This document shows, piece after piece, positions 55,627 to 64,000 of a stretch of 64,000 nucleotides of DNA. Source of the DNA: Patescibacteria group bacterium (GTDB lineage Bacteria > Patescibacteriota > Patescibacteriia > UBA1558 > GWA2-36-10); NCBI GenBank assembly GCA_028718865.1, contig JAQUKX010000002.1:8047-72046 (forward strand), written 5' to 3'. The translations under genes and the position numbers were made by a program. The notes under the pieces were generated by a model. That model had not been told where the DNA came from. It was given only the letters and a program-made list of their open reading frames with translations, and did not search any database. Positions within the stretch are counted from its first letter, which is position 1; the number at the start of each line of letters is the position of its first letter.

Positions 55627-56972
55627 TTTTTTGCGTGCGTAATGTTCAACATCGCTCCGATGATAATCGACATTCCTACAGTTTGCTCAAAATTTGCAGA
55701 ATTGGCATAGTTATGCGCACCGGATTGCAATAACTGAATCAAACCCTTTGCGTTAATAATACTGTTGTTCGCCAGGGTTGTCTTCTGGTCTTGTGTCAAT
55801 TGTTTTTTTGCATTTTCGTAATTGGCATTCACGTAATCCGCTATTCCTTTTGTTTTCGGAGTAGCAGATTCGATGAGTAATCGTAATGACATTCTGATCA
55901 ATGCAGGAAAATTTTTTGATAATTTGTCCGTATTTTTTGAGTAAAAGTCATATAGGTCCAAAACGTCCATATAGATATTATTTGCGTCTCCTTTTTTCAG
56001 CACCAAATCCTGTCCGAATAGTGCTTGCACTTTATTCTTTTCTCTCGCTGTTTTCCTTGGCGCAGGCAGTTCTGCTTTCTTCTTTTCTACCTCGGTACTC
56101 TTCTTGGTAACAGAAAAACTGGGGTCTATCTCTGCAAAGACATTTTCAACTAGCCAATCTTGAGTAGCTTGTGCTGGTACCTTGTGCGGATCTGTAATAT
56201 AAGGAACCAAGAGCTTTAGTTTTTTGTCTGATTCATTTCGGTTTGTAAATGTTATATCCCCTTTATTATTGGTTGAGTAATCCAAAAGTTTCTTTCCATT
56301 TGTACTTAGAATCAAACGGTCTATTTTGTTGAAACCAGACTTGAGTAATTCTTCCTCATCTTTGTCTGTCCTGATTTGTTCTAAAATCTGTTCGTAGAAA
56401 AATAGTTTCTCAAGCTCTTTCTTAAAGAGCGTAGGCGTTACCCCATACTCGGAAGAAGCAGAATCAATATCATACTCCCCGGAATCTATCAAATTTCTGT
56501 ACATTCTGAGTTTTTGTAATACTTGCCAAGGTTTTAGAAGCTGATTGACATGAATATCCCAAATTTCTTTCTCTGCTTCCTTGCGAGAGGGGGCAATGGT
56601 AATCTTTACATTCTTGAGTTCTTGTTTATTAGTAATCTTATTTAGTTCCTCTAGTTCCTTTTTATCCCGAGCATTTGGTGCAAGCTCGGGTTTAAGTAAA
56701 AGTTGGCATGCTGCTAACCGACGATTTCCGTCCAAGACTATTGTCCGTCCGTTTTCTTTACAGACAATCGCAACGGCACTTCTGTGGTAGCCATTATTTG
56801 CAATATTTCTCGCGATTCTCAAAATATCCTCTTTATCCAAAAGATAGTTCCTAACTTGAGTAATATCGTTTTGATCTCTGACATGTTTTGGTAGGCGTGG
56901 ATTTTGCAAATCCAATTCTAAAGTTGCAACATCAACAATGTCATCCTTCCAATTGTTTCTTGTTTTTGCCAT
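55623..56972 (-). CDS. ParB/Srx-fold (ParB-like nuclease domain) protein with about 350-aa uncharacterised C-terminal extension
   Basis: N-terminal QNPRLPK ... VLDGNRRLAA. 4-nt overlap (ATGA) with the Dam-like gene. Confidence 0.6.
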   Translation of the reverse strand: MAKTRNNWKDDIVDVATLELDLQNPRLPKHVRDQNDITQVRNYLLDKEDILRIARNIANNGYHRSAVAIVCKENGRTIVLDGNRRLAACQLLLKPELAPNARDKKELEELNKITNKQELKNVKITIAPSRKEAEKEIWDIHVNQLLKPWQVLQKLRMYRNLIDSGEYDIDSASSEYGVTPTLFKKELEKLFFYEQILEQIRTDKDEEELLKSGFNKIDRLILSTNGKKLLDYSTNNKGDITFTNRNESDKKLKLLVPYITDPHKVPAQATQDWLVENVFAEIDPSFSVTKKSTEVEKKKAELPAPRKTAREKNKVQALFGQDLVLKKGDANNIYMDVLDLYDFYSKNTDKLSKNFPALIRMSLRLLIESATPKTKGIADYVNANYENAKKQLTQDQKTTLANNSIINAKGLIQLLQSGAHNYANSANFEQTVGMSIIIGAMLNITHAKK

Positions 56973-57072
56973 ATACGATTATTTATATTATAGCGAGTTT
57001 TTGAATATTTTTCGATAGCATAAATTTATTTTTACTCCGGAAACTTACCGCCCGAAATATCAAAAGCTCGTA

Positions 57073-58236
57073 TTACCGATTACCTTTTGCCCGATTATGG
57101 GTTTTACACAGCATCTCACAATTTTTTACATCAGTAGCACCACCCTTGCTCCAAGCCGAAACATGATCGGCGTCCATATCTGCCAAAGTCCAAATTTTAT
57201 CCTTGTTTGCATCATGACCAATCGCGCAATGTGAGCAGTTCGAAATACCTTTCTTTTTTGCGGCGGCAGTTTGAGCCTCATACACCGAACGTTTTGTTGA
57301 GTCTTCAAATACTCGAACTTCAAGCAATTTTGTTTCTACTTCTCCACCTAAAACATATTCGAAAATACCTTTACGACTTTTCACGAAACCATCGGCATAG
57401 AGTTTCTGAACCTTAGCAGAAACTGTTGCGGGGTTATATTTTTTCTTGTGGTACGTCTGATACAGCCTGTTCCATTCAAGACCCTTCATTTCACTTTCAA
57501 CGTCTGTGAAGGTAGTCGAAACCCAATCGATAACAGTCTCGAAATGCTTTTTTAGTTCAGTGATGTTTTTGTCGTTACGATGTTTACTCATGTAGCTATC
57601 GATTTCTCCATCAGAGACCCAATCTAAAGCCCGTTCTAAATATGCTTGACGTTTGATATCACCTGCGATGTAGGTACTCCATTTCTGAATGTTGGTATTT
57701 TGACTATTACTAAATTCTTCGCGAGCGCGAGTGACAAATGGCCCAGAATATACTGCATTAAGAATCTCTTGTTCGGTTAATGGTACTCCAGCGATATTAA
57801 TAGTCTTAAACCAATCCTTGATCTCAGGCTCGTCACCTTTACACAAATACACTAACAATCTGGCGTCCATTATTTGCTCGCGCTGACTAGTAGCCATACC
57901 ACTGTAATATTGTTCATGACCATTCTTATCTTTGACAGCAAACTTGCCTGTCACGAACCGACCGATGCTAGTGATGCGTTGCTGTCCATCGAGCACTTCA
58001 AATTTATCAGTACCAACTTGGTTAAAATAAATTAAACCTATTGGGTAACCTTTCAAAATTGAGTCAATTACGGCAACATCACGTTTGCCATCAGCGTAAA
58101 TGTAGTTACGCTGATACTCTGGCTGAATAGTTAGTTTACCCGAGAGACCAAACAACCCTTTTCCTTCGAGTTCGTTATAGACGAAGCCGTCGCAAACTTC
58201 TTTTATCGTGATGTCATTTTTTAGTGTGGTTTTCAT
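57073..58236 (-). CDS. DUF262 (DGQQR) + C-terminal HNH nuclease fusion (GmrSD-like modification-dependent restriction family)
   Basis: QPEYQRNY and LDGQQR motifs. C-terminal CSHC...DADHV...N...CKTHN HNH. Confidence 0.8.
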   Translation of the reverse strand: MKTTLKNDITIKEVCDGFVYNELEGKGLFGLSGKLTIQPEYQRNYIYADGKRDVAVIDSILKGYPIGLIYFNQVGTDKFEVLDGQQRITSIGRFVTGKFAVKDKNGHEQYYSGMATSQREQIMDARLLVYLCKGDEPEIKDWFKTINIAGVPLTEQEILNAVYSGPFVTRAREEFSNSQNTNIQKWSTYIAGDIKRQAYLERALDWVSDGEIDSYMSKHRNDKNITELKKHFETVIDWVSTTFTDVESEMKGLEWNRLYQTYHKKKYNPATVSAKVQKLYADGFVKSRKGIFEYVLGGEVETKLLEVRVFEDSTKRSVYEAQTAAAKKKGISNCSHCAIGHDANKDKIWTLADMDADHVSAWSKGGATDVKNCEMLCKTHNRAKGNR

Positions 58237-58238
58237 AA

Positions 58239-59429
58239 TTATTTTTTCTTGTGCTTAATTAAGACTCTCTGATAAACTTTTTCTCTCAACCCATCGCGGA
58301 GTACTACGCCACTAGCATTCAAATCGTACACACCTTTCTTACCAAACTTATCTAAATATGCTTGCTTGCACTCCGCAGAGGTGTAGACTTTTGTTTTTTG
58401 CTTGTATAAATCCTCATTTTCACACATTCCCACAATTTCAAACTGCTCAGGGGAATACTTATCAAGAAAACTAATTGGGACACCCATGATGTTTTTGTAA
58501 TCACTCGGAATATTTTTTACCAACGAAACTTCAATTGCGTTATAGTTCTCGTATTTTTCAAACTCCTTGTTTGTTGAGAACTTAATAACATCCGATTTTT
58601 TCATCAAAGGAATCGGTTGATGAAGTCGTCCGTGATCAAGGTTCGTGAACCAACGAACACCTTGAACTCTTGTTATGTATACTTTTTTACCTTTTTCATC
58701 GGTTTTAATTTCACGAACTTGATCTAGGTTTGCAACAGCTTCTGGAATCTCATAAAACATTGCACCGCCATTAACTCTTGCGTTGTTTCCGAGCCATACC
58801 TTATTTTCTTTTATCATTGGAAAAACTTCCTTATAGGTTATTGCATTGAGATTACCAATGATTAGAAAATGTTTTTTATGATCAAAAAGTTGCGTAATAT
58901 ATTCACGAAATAAACTAAATGGAGGATTGGTGACTACGATGTCAGATTGTTTGAGCAACTCGACACACTCGTCGCTTCTAAAGTCGCCATCACCCTCAAG
59001 CGGAGTCCATTCGTTGTTTTTGTTAGTTCTAAGCTGTTGGGCAATATCTTCTAGTGTAAAAGAGCCGTCGCCGTCCACATCACCAACTTCGTTGATAATA
59101 AATTTATTAGCGACAATTTTTGGTCGCCCTTTGACAGGTTCGAGGGTAATATCATCACCAAATAGTCCTAGTTGAGTATTTGCAACTGGTGACGGTTTGT
59201 AGCTAGTTGCAATAAGTCTTTTCAACCCTAATCTTTTAAAATTTAGGACGAAGTAGCGAAAGAAATTGCTTTCAAATGGGTCGTCGCAGTTGCTGTAAAC
59301 CACCTTACCTTTAAAAGTATTTGGGTCATACTCAAGATAAGACTCGACTTCTTTTTGGATATCTAAAAATTGAGTATAAAATTCATCATTTTTTGCCTTC
59401 TTTGCATTTGTAAGATTTTTGTTTGCCAT
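58239..59429 (-). CDS. N6-adenine DNA methyltransferase (NPPF motif IV)
   Basis: N-terminal DEFYT; VVTNPPFS catalytic motif. Stop overlaps the start of the DUF262-HNH gene. Confidence 0.75.
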   Translation of the reverse strand: MANKNLTNAKKAKNDEFYTQFLDIQKEVESYLEYDPNTFKGKVVYSNCDDPFESNFFRYFVLNFKRLGLKRLIATSYKPSPVANTQLGLFGDDITLEPVKGRPKIVANKFIINEVGDVDGDGSFTLEDIAQQLRTNKNNEWTPLEGDGDFRSDECVELLKQSDIVVTNPPFSLFREYITQLFDHKKHFLIIGNLNAITYKEVFPMIKENKVWLGNNARVNGGAMFYEIPEAVANLDQVREIKTDEKGKKVYITRVQGVRWFTNLDHGRLHQPIPLMKKSDVIKFSTNKEFEKYENYNAIEVSLVKNIPSDYKNIMGVPISFLDKYSPEQFEIVGMCENEDLYKQKTKVYTSAECKQAYLDKFGKKGVYDLNASGVVLRDGLREKVYQRVLIKHKKK

Positions 59430-59578
59430 AAATTTATTTTTCGCTCTCAGCTCGAGCTTTTAACAAAAATATAGTTTCGGACTTCAATTTCGCCCGAGCC
59501 CAGTCTTTTTTGGCTGTTTTGATAGTCATTTGATGGTTTGTCATGTAGTGAAAATAAAATATCGGGAAAGTGCCCAAT

Positions 59579-61054
59579 TTAAGAGGAGGAAATGCCCTTA
59601 TCTGTTTTATTATCAACCCCCCTTGAAAATAAACCCTTAGGAACCTCCTGGCCGGGCTTCCGGTAATAACTGTCCTTTTTAGCCTTGCCAATTTTTTCCA
59701 ACAAGCCCTTATCAACCCAACCACGTAATAACCGGGACATTTTCAAAACATCACTAACTCCGGTTATCTCCCGTGCCTTTTTATTGATAATGCGGTAATT
59801 TTCATCAAGATATTTACTGACGGTATCCCAGTATTCAATCTTATGCATATTGAGAAGTAAGAGTAGAACTGAATTCGGTCTTAGTGTTGGAGGAAAAAAT
59901 AATGGCTCGTATAGATTTTGTTCTTTCATAACCTTAAACATACGATCAACACCTTCGCCGATGTCAAGATTAGGTGCCGTCTGGAAACGGTTCAACGTTC
60001 GTAGGATTAAAGGATTACGAGCAAAACGCTCGGCCCTGATATTTTCAACAGTGATATGGCCGGGGTAAGTTCCGGGACTCTCAACTTCAACACGATCATC
60101 AAAAAACCGCACCTGAATGTCATCTTGCACAAAATAATTCCTATGAATAACCGCATTGGTTATTGCTTCTTGAAATGCCCATTCCGGTATCAAAAAGGTT
60201 GGATTGAAAGAAGCTCCGCTTAATTTGGGAGGTGAACTTTTTACAATTCCCCGAAAATACTCAATAGCTTGTTCAATTTGCTTCATCAGAGGCCCTTCGA
60301 TGGTGAATGGCCGAGTGACAAAGTTTGGCTTACCGGTGTAAGTCGGTTTTGTTCCGTAATAATGAGAAACTTTTATTCCGCATTTACTTGTTAGGGCGAC
60401 TGAGGGGTTCTTCCCAAAAAGCAAAAGTCCGGCTTTAGTCAGCTCGTATTTGCCATTACCACCGACGGCCAGGCCGTTGTCTTTCAAAAACTGCCAATCA
60501 TCTAAGCCTGTGCTCGAGGTATCCTTTTTATATTGAGCGAGGAGATCGTGGTCTAAATTTTCAAGGGAAGTAGTGCCGGATTTTTCGCTCTCGTACTTAA
60601 TTGCACCTTTTTCGTATTTAAGGCGCATTATTTCTGTCGAACCAATCTTTACATTTTGTCTCCCTTTTCTGACAAAAGTATCCCCTCGTTTAAGTGAATG
60701 AACATCATTACTCTTTTTGATATTGAGTACCAAGAGCTTGTCCGCCTGTCCTTGAGCATTCGTGATATCAAGCTCGAATTTTCCCCACAGTATAAGCGGC
60801 GGCTCAATTTCTTTATCAATTAGCTTAAGAAAATCGGAAACATTATCTGGATTTTCGCTGATTCCTAGAAGCCGTTTGTCCCCTTGGGCTTTAGCCGGAT
60901 CTTCCAAACCGACTACTATAAAACCACCGTCCGCATTAGCGAAACCGACTACTGTTTCCAAAAAGTCGGCCGGTCTAATCGCGGCTCGTTTACATTCAAA
61001 AGTTTGCCACTCTTGGGTATCCAGAAATATTTTTACTATGTCTTTATCTTCCAT
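59579..61054 (-). CDS. Schlafen/AlbA_2 DNA-binding domain + HATPase_c_4 ATPase protein
   Basis: N-terminal FANADGGFIVVG pattern; C-terminal AITNAVIHRNY...VESPG pattern. Confidence 0.75.
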   Translation of the reverse strand: MEDKDIVKIFLDTQEWQTFECKRAAIRPADFLETVVGFANADGGFIVVGLEDPAKAQGDKRLLGISENPDNVSDFLKLIDKEIEPPLILWGKFELDITNAQGQADKLLVLNIKKSNDVHSLKRGDTFVRKGRQNVKIGSTEIMRLKYEKGAIKYESEKSGTTSLENLDHDLLAQYKKDTSSTGLDDWQFLKDNGLAVGGNGKYELTKAGLLLFGKNPSVALTSKCGIKVSHYYGTKPTYTGKPNFVTRPFTIEGPLMKQIEQAIEYFRGIVKSSPPKLSGASFNPTFLIPEWAFQEAITNAVIHRNYFVQDDIQVRFFDDRVEVESPGTYPGHITVENIRAERFARNPLILRTLNRFQTAPNLDIGEGVDRMFKVMKEQNLYEPLFFPPTLRPNSVLLLLLNMHKIEYWDTVSKYLDENYRIINKKAREITGVSDVLKMSRLLRGWVDKGLLEKIGKAKKDSYYRKPGQEVPKGLFSRGVDNKTDKGISSS

Positions 61055-61058
61055 ATGA

Positions 61059-61253
61059 TTACTTTTTATGTTTCTTTTTTACATTACTCGTTTCTTCAAG
61101 AAAGGCGTTGAGATCAGACTGTTTGATTCTCCAGACTCCGAGCTTGGAAGCCTTTAATCGACCAGCCTCAATATACCGAGTAACTGTGCGAGTATGTACT
61201 CGCAATATGTCGGCGATTTCCTCAATAGTGAAAAGTTTTTCGATGTCGTTCAT
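61059..61253 (-). CDS. excisionase/AlpA-family HTH DNA-binding protein (64 aa)
   Basis: FTIEEIADILRVHTRTVTRYIEAGRL HTH. 4 nt upstream of the ATPase gene. Confidence 0.7.
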   Translation of the reverse strand: MNDIEKLFTIEEIADILRVHTRTVTRYIEAGRLKASKLGVWRIKQSDLNAFLEETSNVKKKHKK

Positions 61254-61334
61254 AAAATTGCTTTAGGCGTTGATATCATTTTATCGCTTCTGCTTTCCGT
61301 TGTCAAAATCGCCGTCTTTTGTCATAATGTCTTT

Positions 61335-61520
61335 ATGGAGACTAAATACTCAAAAATGGAAGTGCTCGAGCGACCGAAGTTGGTCAATCGGCCGACATGT
61401 AAAACCTTCAAGCTCGAGGGTGGGTGTTGGGATTGTGGCCATACGAAATTCCGCTATTACAATTCCGTATTCGGTAAACGATATTACCAATGTGAGAAGT
61501 GTCGGGCGATCAATCATTAG
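61335..61520 (+). CDS. small zinc-ribbon protein (CxxC...CxxC), divergent from the Xis-like gene
   Basis: ATG in frame with track ORF 61194..61520. CWDCGH...CEKC. No clear SD. Confidence 0.45.
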   Translation: METKYSKMEVLERPKLVNRPTCKTFKLEGGCWDCGHTKFRYYNSVFGKRYYQCEKCRAINH

Positions 61521-61588
61521 ATTTTACTATATCAGCCGGTTGATATAGTAAACGGCTTTACTGTCTCAGTTGAGTGATATAGTAAACT
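61521..61588. promoter_or_regulatory. three copies of a 13-bp site TGATATAGTAAAC (one inverted, forming a perfect 12-bp-arm palindrome; two direct)
   Basis: tttactatatca-gccggt-tgatatagtaaa, then gtgatatagtaaac about 30 nt later, immediately after the zinc-ribbon stop. Confidence 0.5.
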
Positions 61589-61964
61589 GGAAAGGGCGTT
61601 TATCACCCCTTCTAGTTAAAAAATGAACTCCGTCAACTTTCTGTCAGTTTTTGTCAGACAAATTATTGTCCACAGCAAACAGCTCTTGCGGCGTTTTTCC
61701 GGATCAGCTAAAATACATACATTAGAGTTAGTTAGTCTGACGGCGACTGAATTTTCAGTCTAAACGCGACGGGACTACGACTTCTGTTATCAAACCTTTC
61801 CGCTTTGTTGTGGATCGGAACTTGGTGACAAGAGTCGTGGTCCCTTTTTCGTTTCTAACCGGCTCTGCAAATTAATTTTTCCCTCTGAGGCTAAGGTGCC
61901 CAGATTAGACTGACGAATTTGATTAGACAGATAAAGGCTAGCTCCCAGCAGGGGCCAGCCTTTT

Positions 61965-62165
61965 ATGTTGCCCCAGGAAGCAATCCAAGAATTTAAAACA
62001 CTGTATGAAAAACGCTACGGCGTGAAGCTCTCCGATGAGGAGGCGTCTTTGCGCGCAAACAATCTTTTCAAACTCTACAAGATTACCTACATGGGTGAGC
62101 CTTCTATTGATGACTTCAAAGAAAAAGTAGTGAAAAGCCATGACCTCAACACCAACCACAATTAG
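61965..62165 (+). CDS. small hypothetical protein (66 aa)
   Basis: ORF track; follows a roughly 340-bp non-coding stretch. Confidence 0.4.
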   Translation: MLPQEAIQEFKTLYEKRYGVKLSDEEASLRANNLFKLYKITYMGEPSIDDFKEKVVKSHDLNTNHN

Positions 62166-62448
62166 CGAAATACAGTTCTACCCAGTTAAACCCCAGGACG
62201 GCCTCCTTGGGTTTGTTTCGTTTGTGCTGGACGGGAAATTCTGGATGGGATCGGTGGCCGTATTCTCCCGGCGCGAGGGAGGATACCGGCTTGTATATCC
62301 GACACGCAAAGTGGCCGGACAAAACGTGAATATTTTTCATCCGATAAACCACGAAGTCGGCGGCCTGGTCGAGGCAGCCGTCAGTGAAAAAGTAGCTGAA
62401 ATATTTAGTGAATCATATGAACAAACCGAACCGGACAACACGTGGTAA
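62140..62448 (+). CDS. spoVG: SpoVG-family nucleic-acid-binding protein
   Basis: ISEIQF...V.L..KFWMGSVAVF...HPIN pattern matches B. subtilis SpoVG along its length. Confidence 0.75.
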   Translation: MTSTPTTISEIQFYPVKPQDGLLGFVSFVLDGKFWMGSVAVFSRREGGYRLVYPTRKVAGQNVNIFHPINHEVGGLVEAAVSEKVAEIFSESYEQTEPDNTW

Positions 62449-62848
62449 AAGCTTAAATTTCTTTCCAGCTCCTCACCTGATTTTCGATGACAACAGGCTG
62501 AAGAATTCGCTCACGCATGCCGAGCGAGATTTTCTTATGGTGATCTGTCATCTCTCAAACCGCTACGCGAATGCAGACGGCTGGTTTTGGCATACGGACA
62601 GATTGTTTACGACACGCGAAGATAAAGAACGCGGGTTCGCTTCATTCGGGTTCAGCAGATCAACATGTCGACGCGTAAGAAAGAAGCTTGCCGGTCTTGG
62701 GCTTATAGAAACCAGACCGGGAACATCGGAACGTGGCCGGTGGGCCGGAACTTTATATCGTCTTAACCCAAAACTTCTCCACTCTACCAGGGTTCATAAT
62801 GAAGCACGGTCAGGCGTCTTAGAGAATCACGGCCCGGGTCCACCATGA
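62408..62848 (+). CDS. putative replication initiator / winged-helix DNA-binding protein
   Basis: Basic wHTH-like protein immediately upstream of iteron-like repeats. Start uncertain; overlaps the spoVG-like end. Confidence 0.5.
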   Translation: MNHMNKPNRTTRGKSLNFFPAPHLIFDDNRLKNSLTHAERDFLMVICHLSNRYANADGWFWHTDRLFTTREDKERGFASFGFSRSTCRRVRKKLAGLGLIETRPGTSERGRWAGTLYRLNPKLLHSTRVHNEARSGVLENHGPGPP

Positions 62849-62929
62849 AGCACTTAGTAATAAAGATTGAGTAAGAAAGAGATAATAATAAAGCTTAAAT
62901 AAAGCGAGATAGCTCGTCAAAAATTAAAA

Positions 62930-63090
62930 AATAGGGGTTGGGCAAAGCTTGGGTGAAACTTGGGCAGATTTCAGGGATACCATAGCGACCAAAGGCGACC
63001 AAAATTCAGTAGTTAGGGGTTGGATAAAACTTGGATGATTTTCAGCAAAACCGACTGGGGCAGAACTGGGGTGAAACTGGGGCAGAAATT
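62930..63090 (+). repeat. iteron-like direct repeats (about 33 bp x3: GGGCARARCTGGGGTGAAACTGGGGCAGAWWT) plus GCGACCAAAG sub-repeats
   Basis: Three imperfect copies read directly at about 62932-62975, 63013-63048 and 63054-63090. Confidence 0.6.
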
Positions 63091-63204
63091 GATACCCATT
63101 CTCTAAATAAAGGCGTAAAATGTAAGTAATCAAGTGTTTGACTTCTTTCGACCTTAGGACCATGTTGTGCTTAGGTCGACAAAATAATTAATGAAAACAA
63201 TCAT

Positions 63205-64000
63205 ATGACAAACAAAGCCAAAATAACCACCGTAATCGCCCTTGTAGCGGTCTTTGGGGCAGGGTTCGGGGTTTATCACCTTCTTGGGAACAAAGCACCG
63301 CGTGAGGCCGTAAAAGCGGACCTTGCGACAATTAAAACATTTGAGCAATGCTCGGATGCCGGTTACCCGATCGTTAAGCATTATCCGGATCAGTGTAAAA
63401 CTCCGGACGGCAGAATATTCGCTGACCAGAATCCACCGGCTAAAAGCGAACTGGATAAAGCCGAGCAAACAATTCGGACGTTCATGGGAGAGCCAAAACT
63501 GGAGTTGCAATACACCGGGCAGAATAATCATCCCGCGAATTTTGCCGTCTTAAGCAACGTTAAACAAAACGATGGCGGATTTACGGCCGACAATCCTGAA
63601 GAATGGGATAGACCGGTCTACATCTTCCAGCAAGCGGATTACATCAACGATCGCTGTGAAGTTTATCAATATCAGGTAACGCAAAAAACGAATCAGGTCG
63701 TGGAAATCGGAATTGTCTATCCGATAGAAAGAAACGCTACGACGCCAGGCAACTGTCCCGATAACGGATCACTGGAAACTCCTCTGAAGACCAAAGCCGA
63801 AATAGAACAAATCGCTTTCGCTTATTTTAGCAGAGACCCGGAACATACGAAATTCATGCTTCGCTCCGACATCCAGCCCCAATACATCTCAAGTAAGCTA
63901 GGTGCAGCAAACCCAGCTGCCAACGAATGGCAATGGGAAGACAAAAACGTCTCACTTCCGGATGGGCTGACCGGCGATCCGTGGCAACACCCGATTGCCA
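63205..64000 (+). CDS. membrane-anchored secreted protein, 3'-partial (runs off the window)
   Basis: ATG at about 63205 with N-terminal TM (ITTVIALVAVFGAGFGVY); frame open to nt 64000. Absent from the ORF track because it is unterminated. Confidence 0.5.
   Translation, partial: MTNKAKITTVIALVAVFGAGFGVYHLLGNKAPREAVKADLATIKTFEQCSDAGYPIVKHYPDQCKTPDGRIFADQNPPAKSELDKAEQTIRTFMGEPKLELQYTGQNNHPANFAVLSNVKQNDGGFTADNPEEWDRPVYIFQQADYINDRCEVYQYQVTQKTNQVVEIGIVYPIERNATTPGNCPDNGSLETPLKTKAEIEQIAFAYFSRDPEHTKFMLRSDIQPQYISSKLGAANPAANEWQWEDKNVSLPDGLTGDPWQHPIA

Noticed and set aside
59434-59724. 96-aa ORF between the MTase and ATPase genes.
   Set aside because: It overlaps the 3' end of the ATPase gene, has no motifs, and is probably intergenic/promoter sequence.

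Overview
This is an AT-rich, gene-dense bacterial window whose gene content fits a Candidate Phyla Radiation (Patescibacteria-like) genome. Supporting genes are a [FeFe]-hydrogenase, a type IV pilin-LamG fusion, very large surface proteins and clustered tRNAs. My own line-based coordinates can be off by 1-2 nt; ORF-track coordinates are reliable.

Positions 1-45.5 kb look like core chromosome. Called genes there include lexA, rpmA, ftsEX, ftsB, corA, dus, mutM, fba, tpiA, dacA, scpAB, aspS and asnS. There is also an RND efflux pair, an ECF sigma factor with a putative anti-sigma partner, hydA with a NuoF-like subunit, and an ABC exporter. Four tRNA loci are present: Thr(GGT), Tyr(GTA), Thr(CGT), and a disrupted Thr-like copy. 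Four short, conspicuously GC-richer segments are embedded in this part: a 143-aa gene divergent from lexA, a 612-aa polytopic membrane protein, an 80-aa ORF with a consensus SD, and a structured roughly 110-nt element 3' of aspS.

Positions 45.5-64 kb are an accessory island.
- It opens with a 28-bp tandem repeat (about 4 copies).
- A metal/redox block follows, containing a CPH-type CopB ATPase, a Met-rich periplasmic protein, an ArsR-thioredoxin-permease-CcdA cassette, and DsrE and TauE genes. Three partially conserved plus-strand ORF remnants punctuate this block; their differences are mostly synonymous.
- The strongest novelty candidate is a co-directional six-gene cluster at 54.7-61.3 kb. 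It runs Xis/AlpA-like HTH, AlbA_2+HATPase_c_4 ATPase, NPPF N6-MTase, DUF262-HNH nuclease, ParB-like protein and Dam-like MTase, with two 4-nt translational couplings (NPPF MTase/DUF262-HNH; ParB-like/Dam).
- The block ends with a phage-like switch region carrying a 13-bp motif in triplicate, a SpoVG-like gene, and a Rep-like gene beside iterons.

No integrase, transposase, rRNA or CRISPR array was seen.
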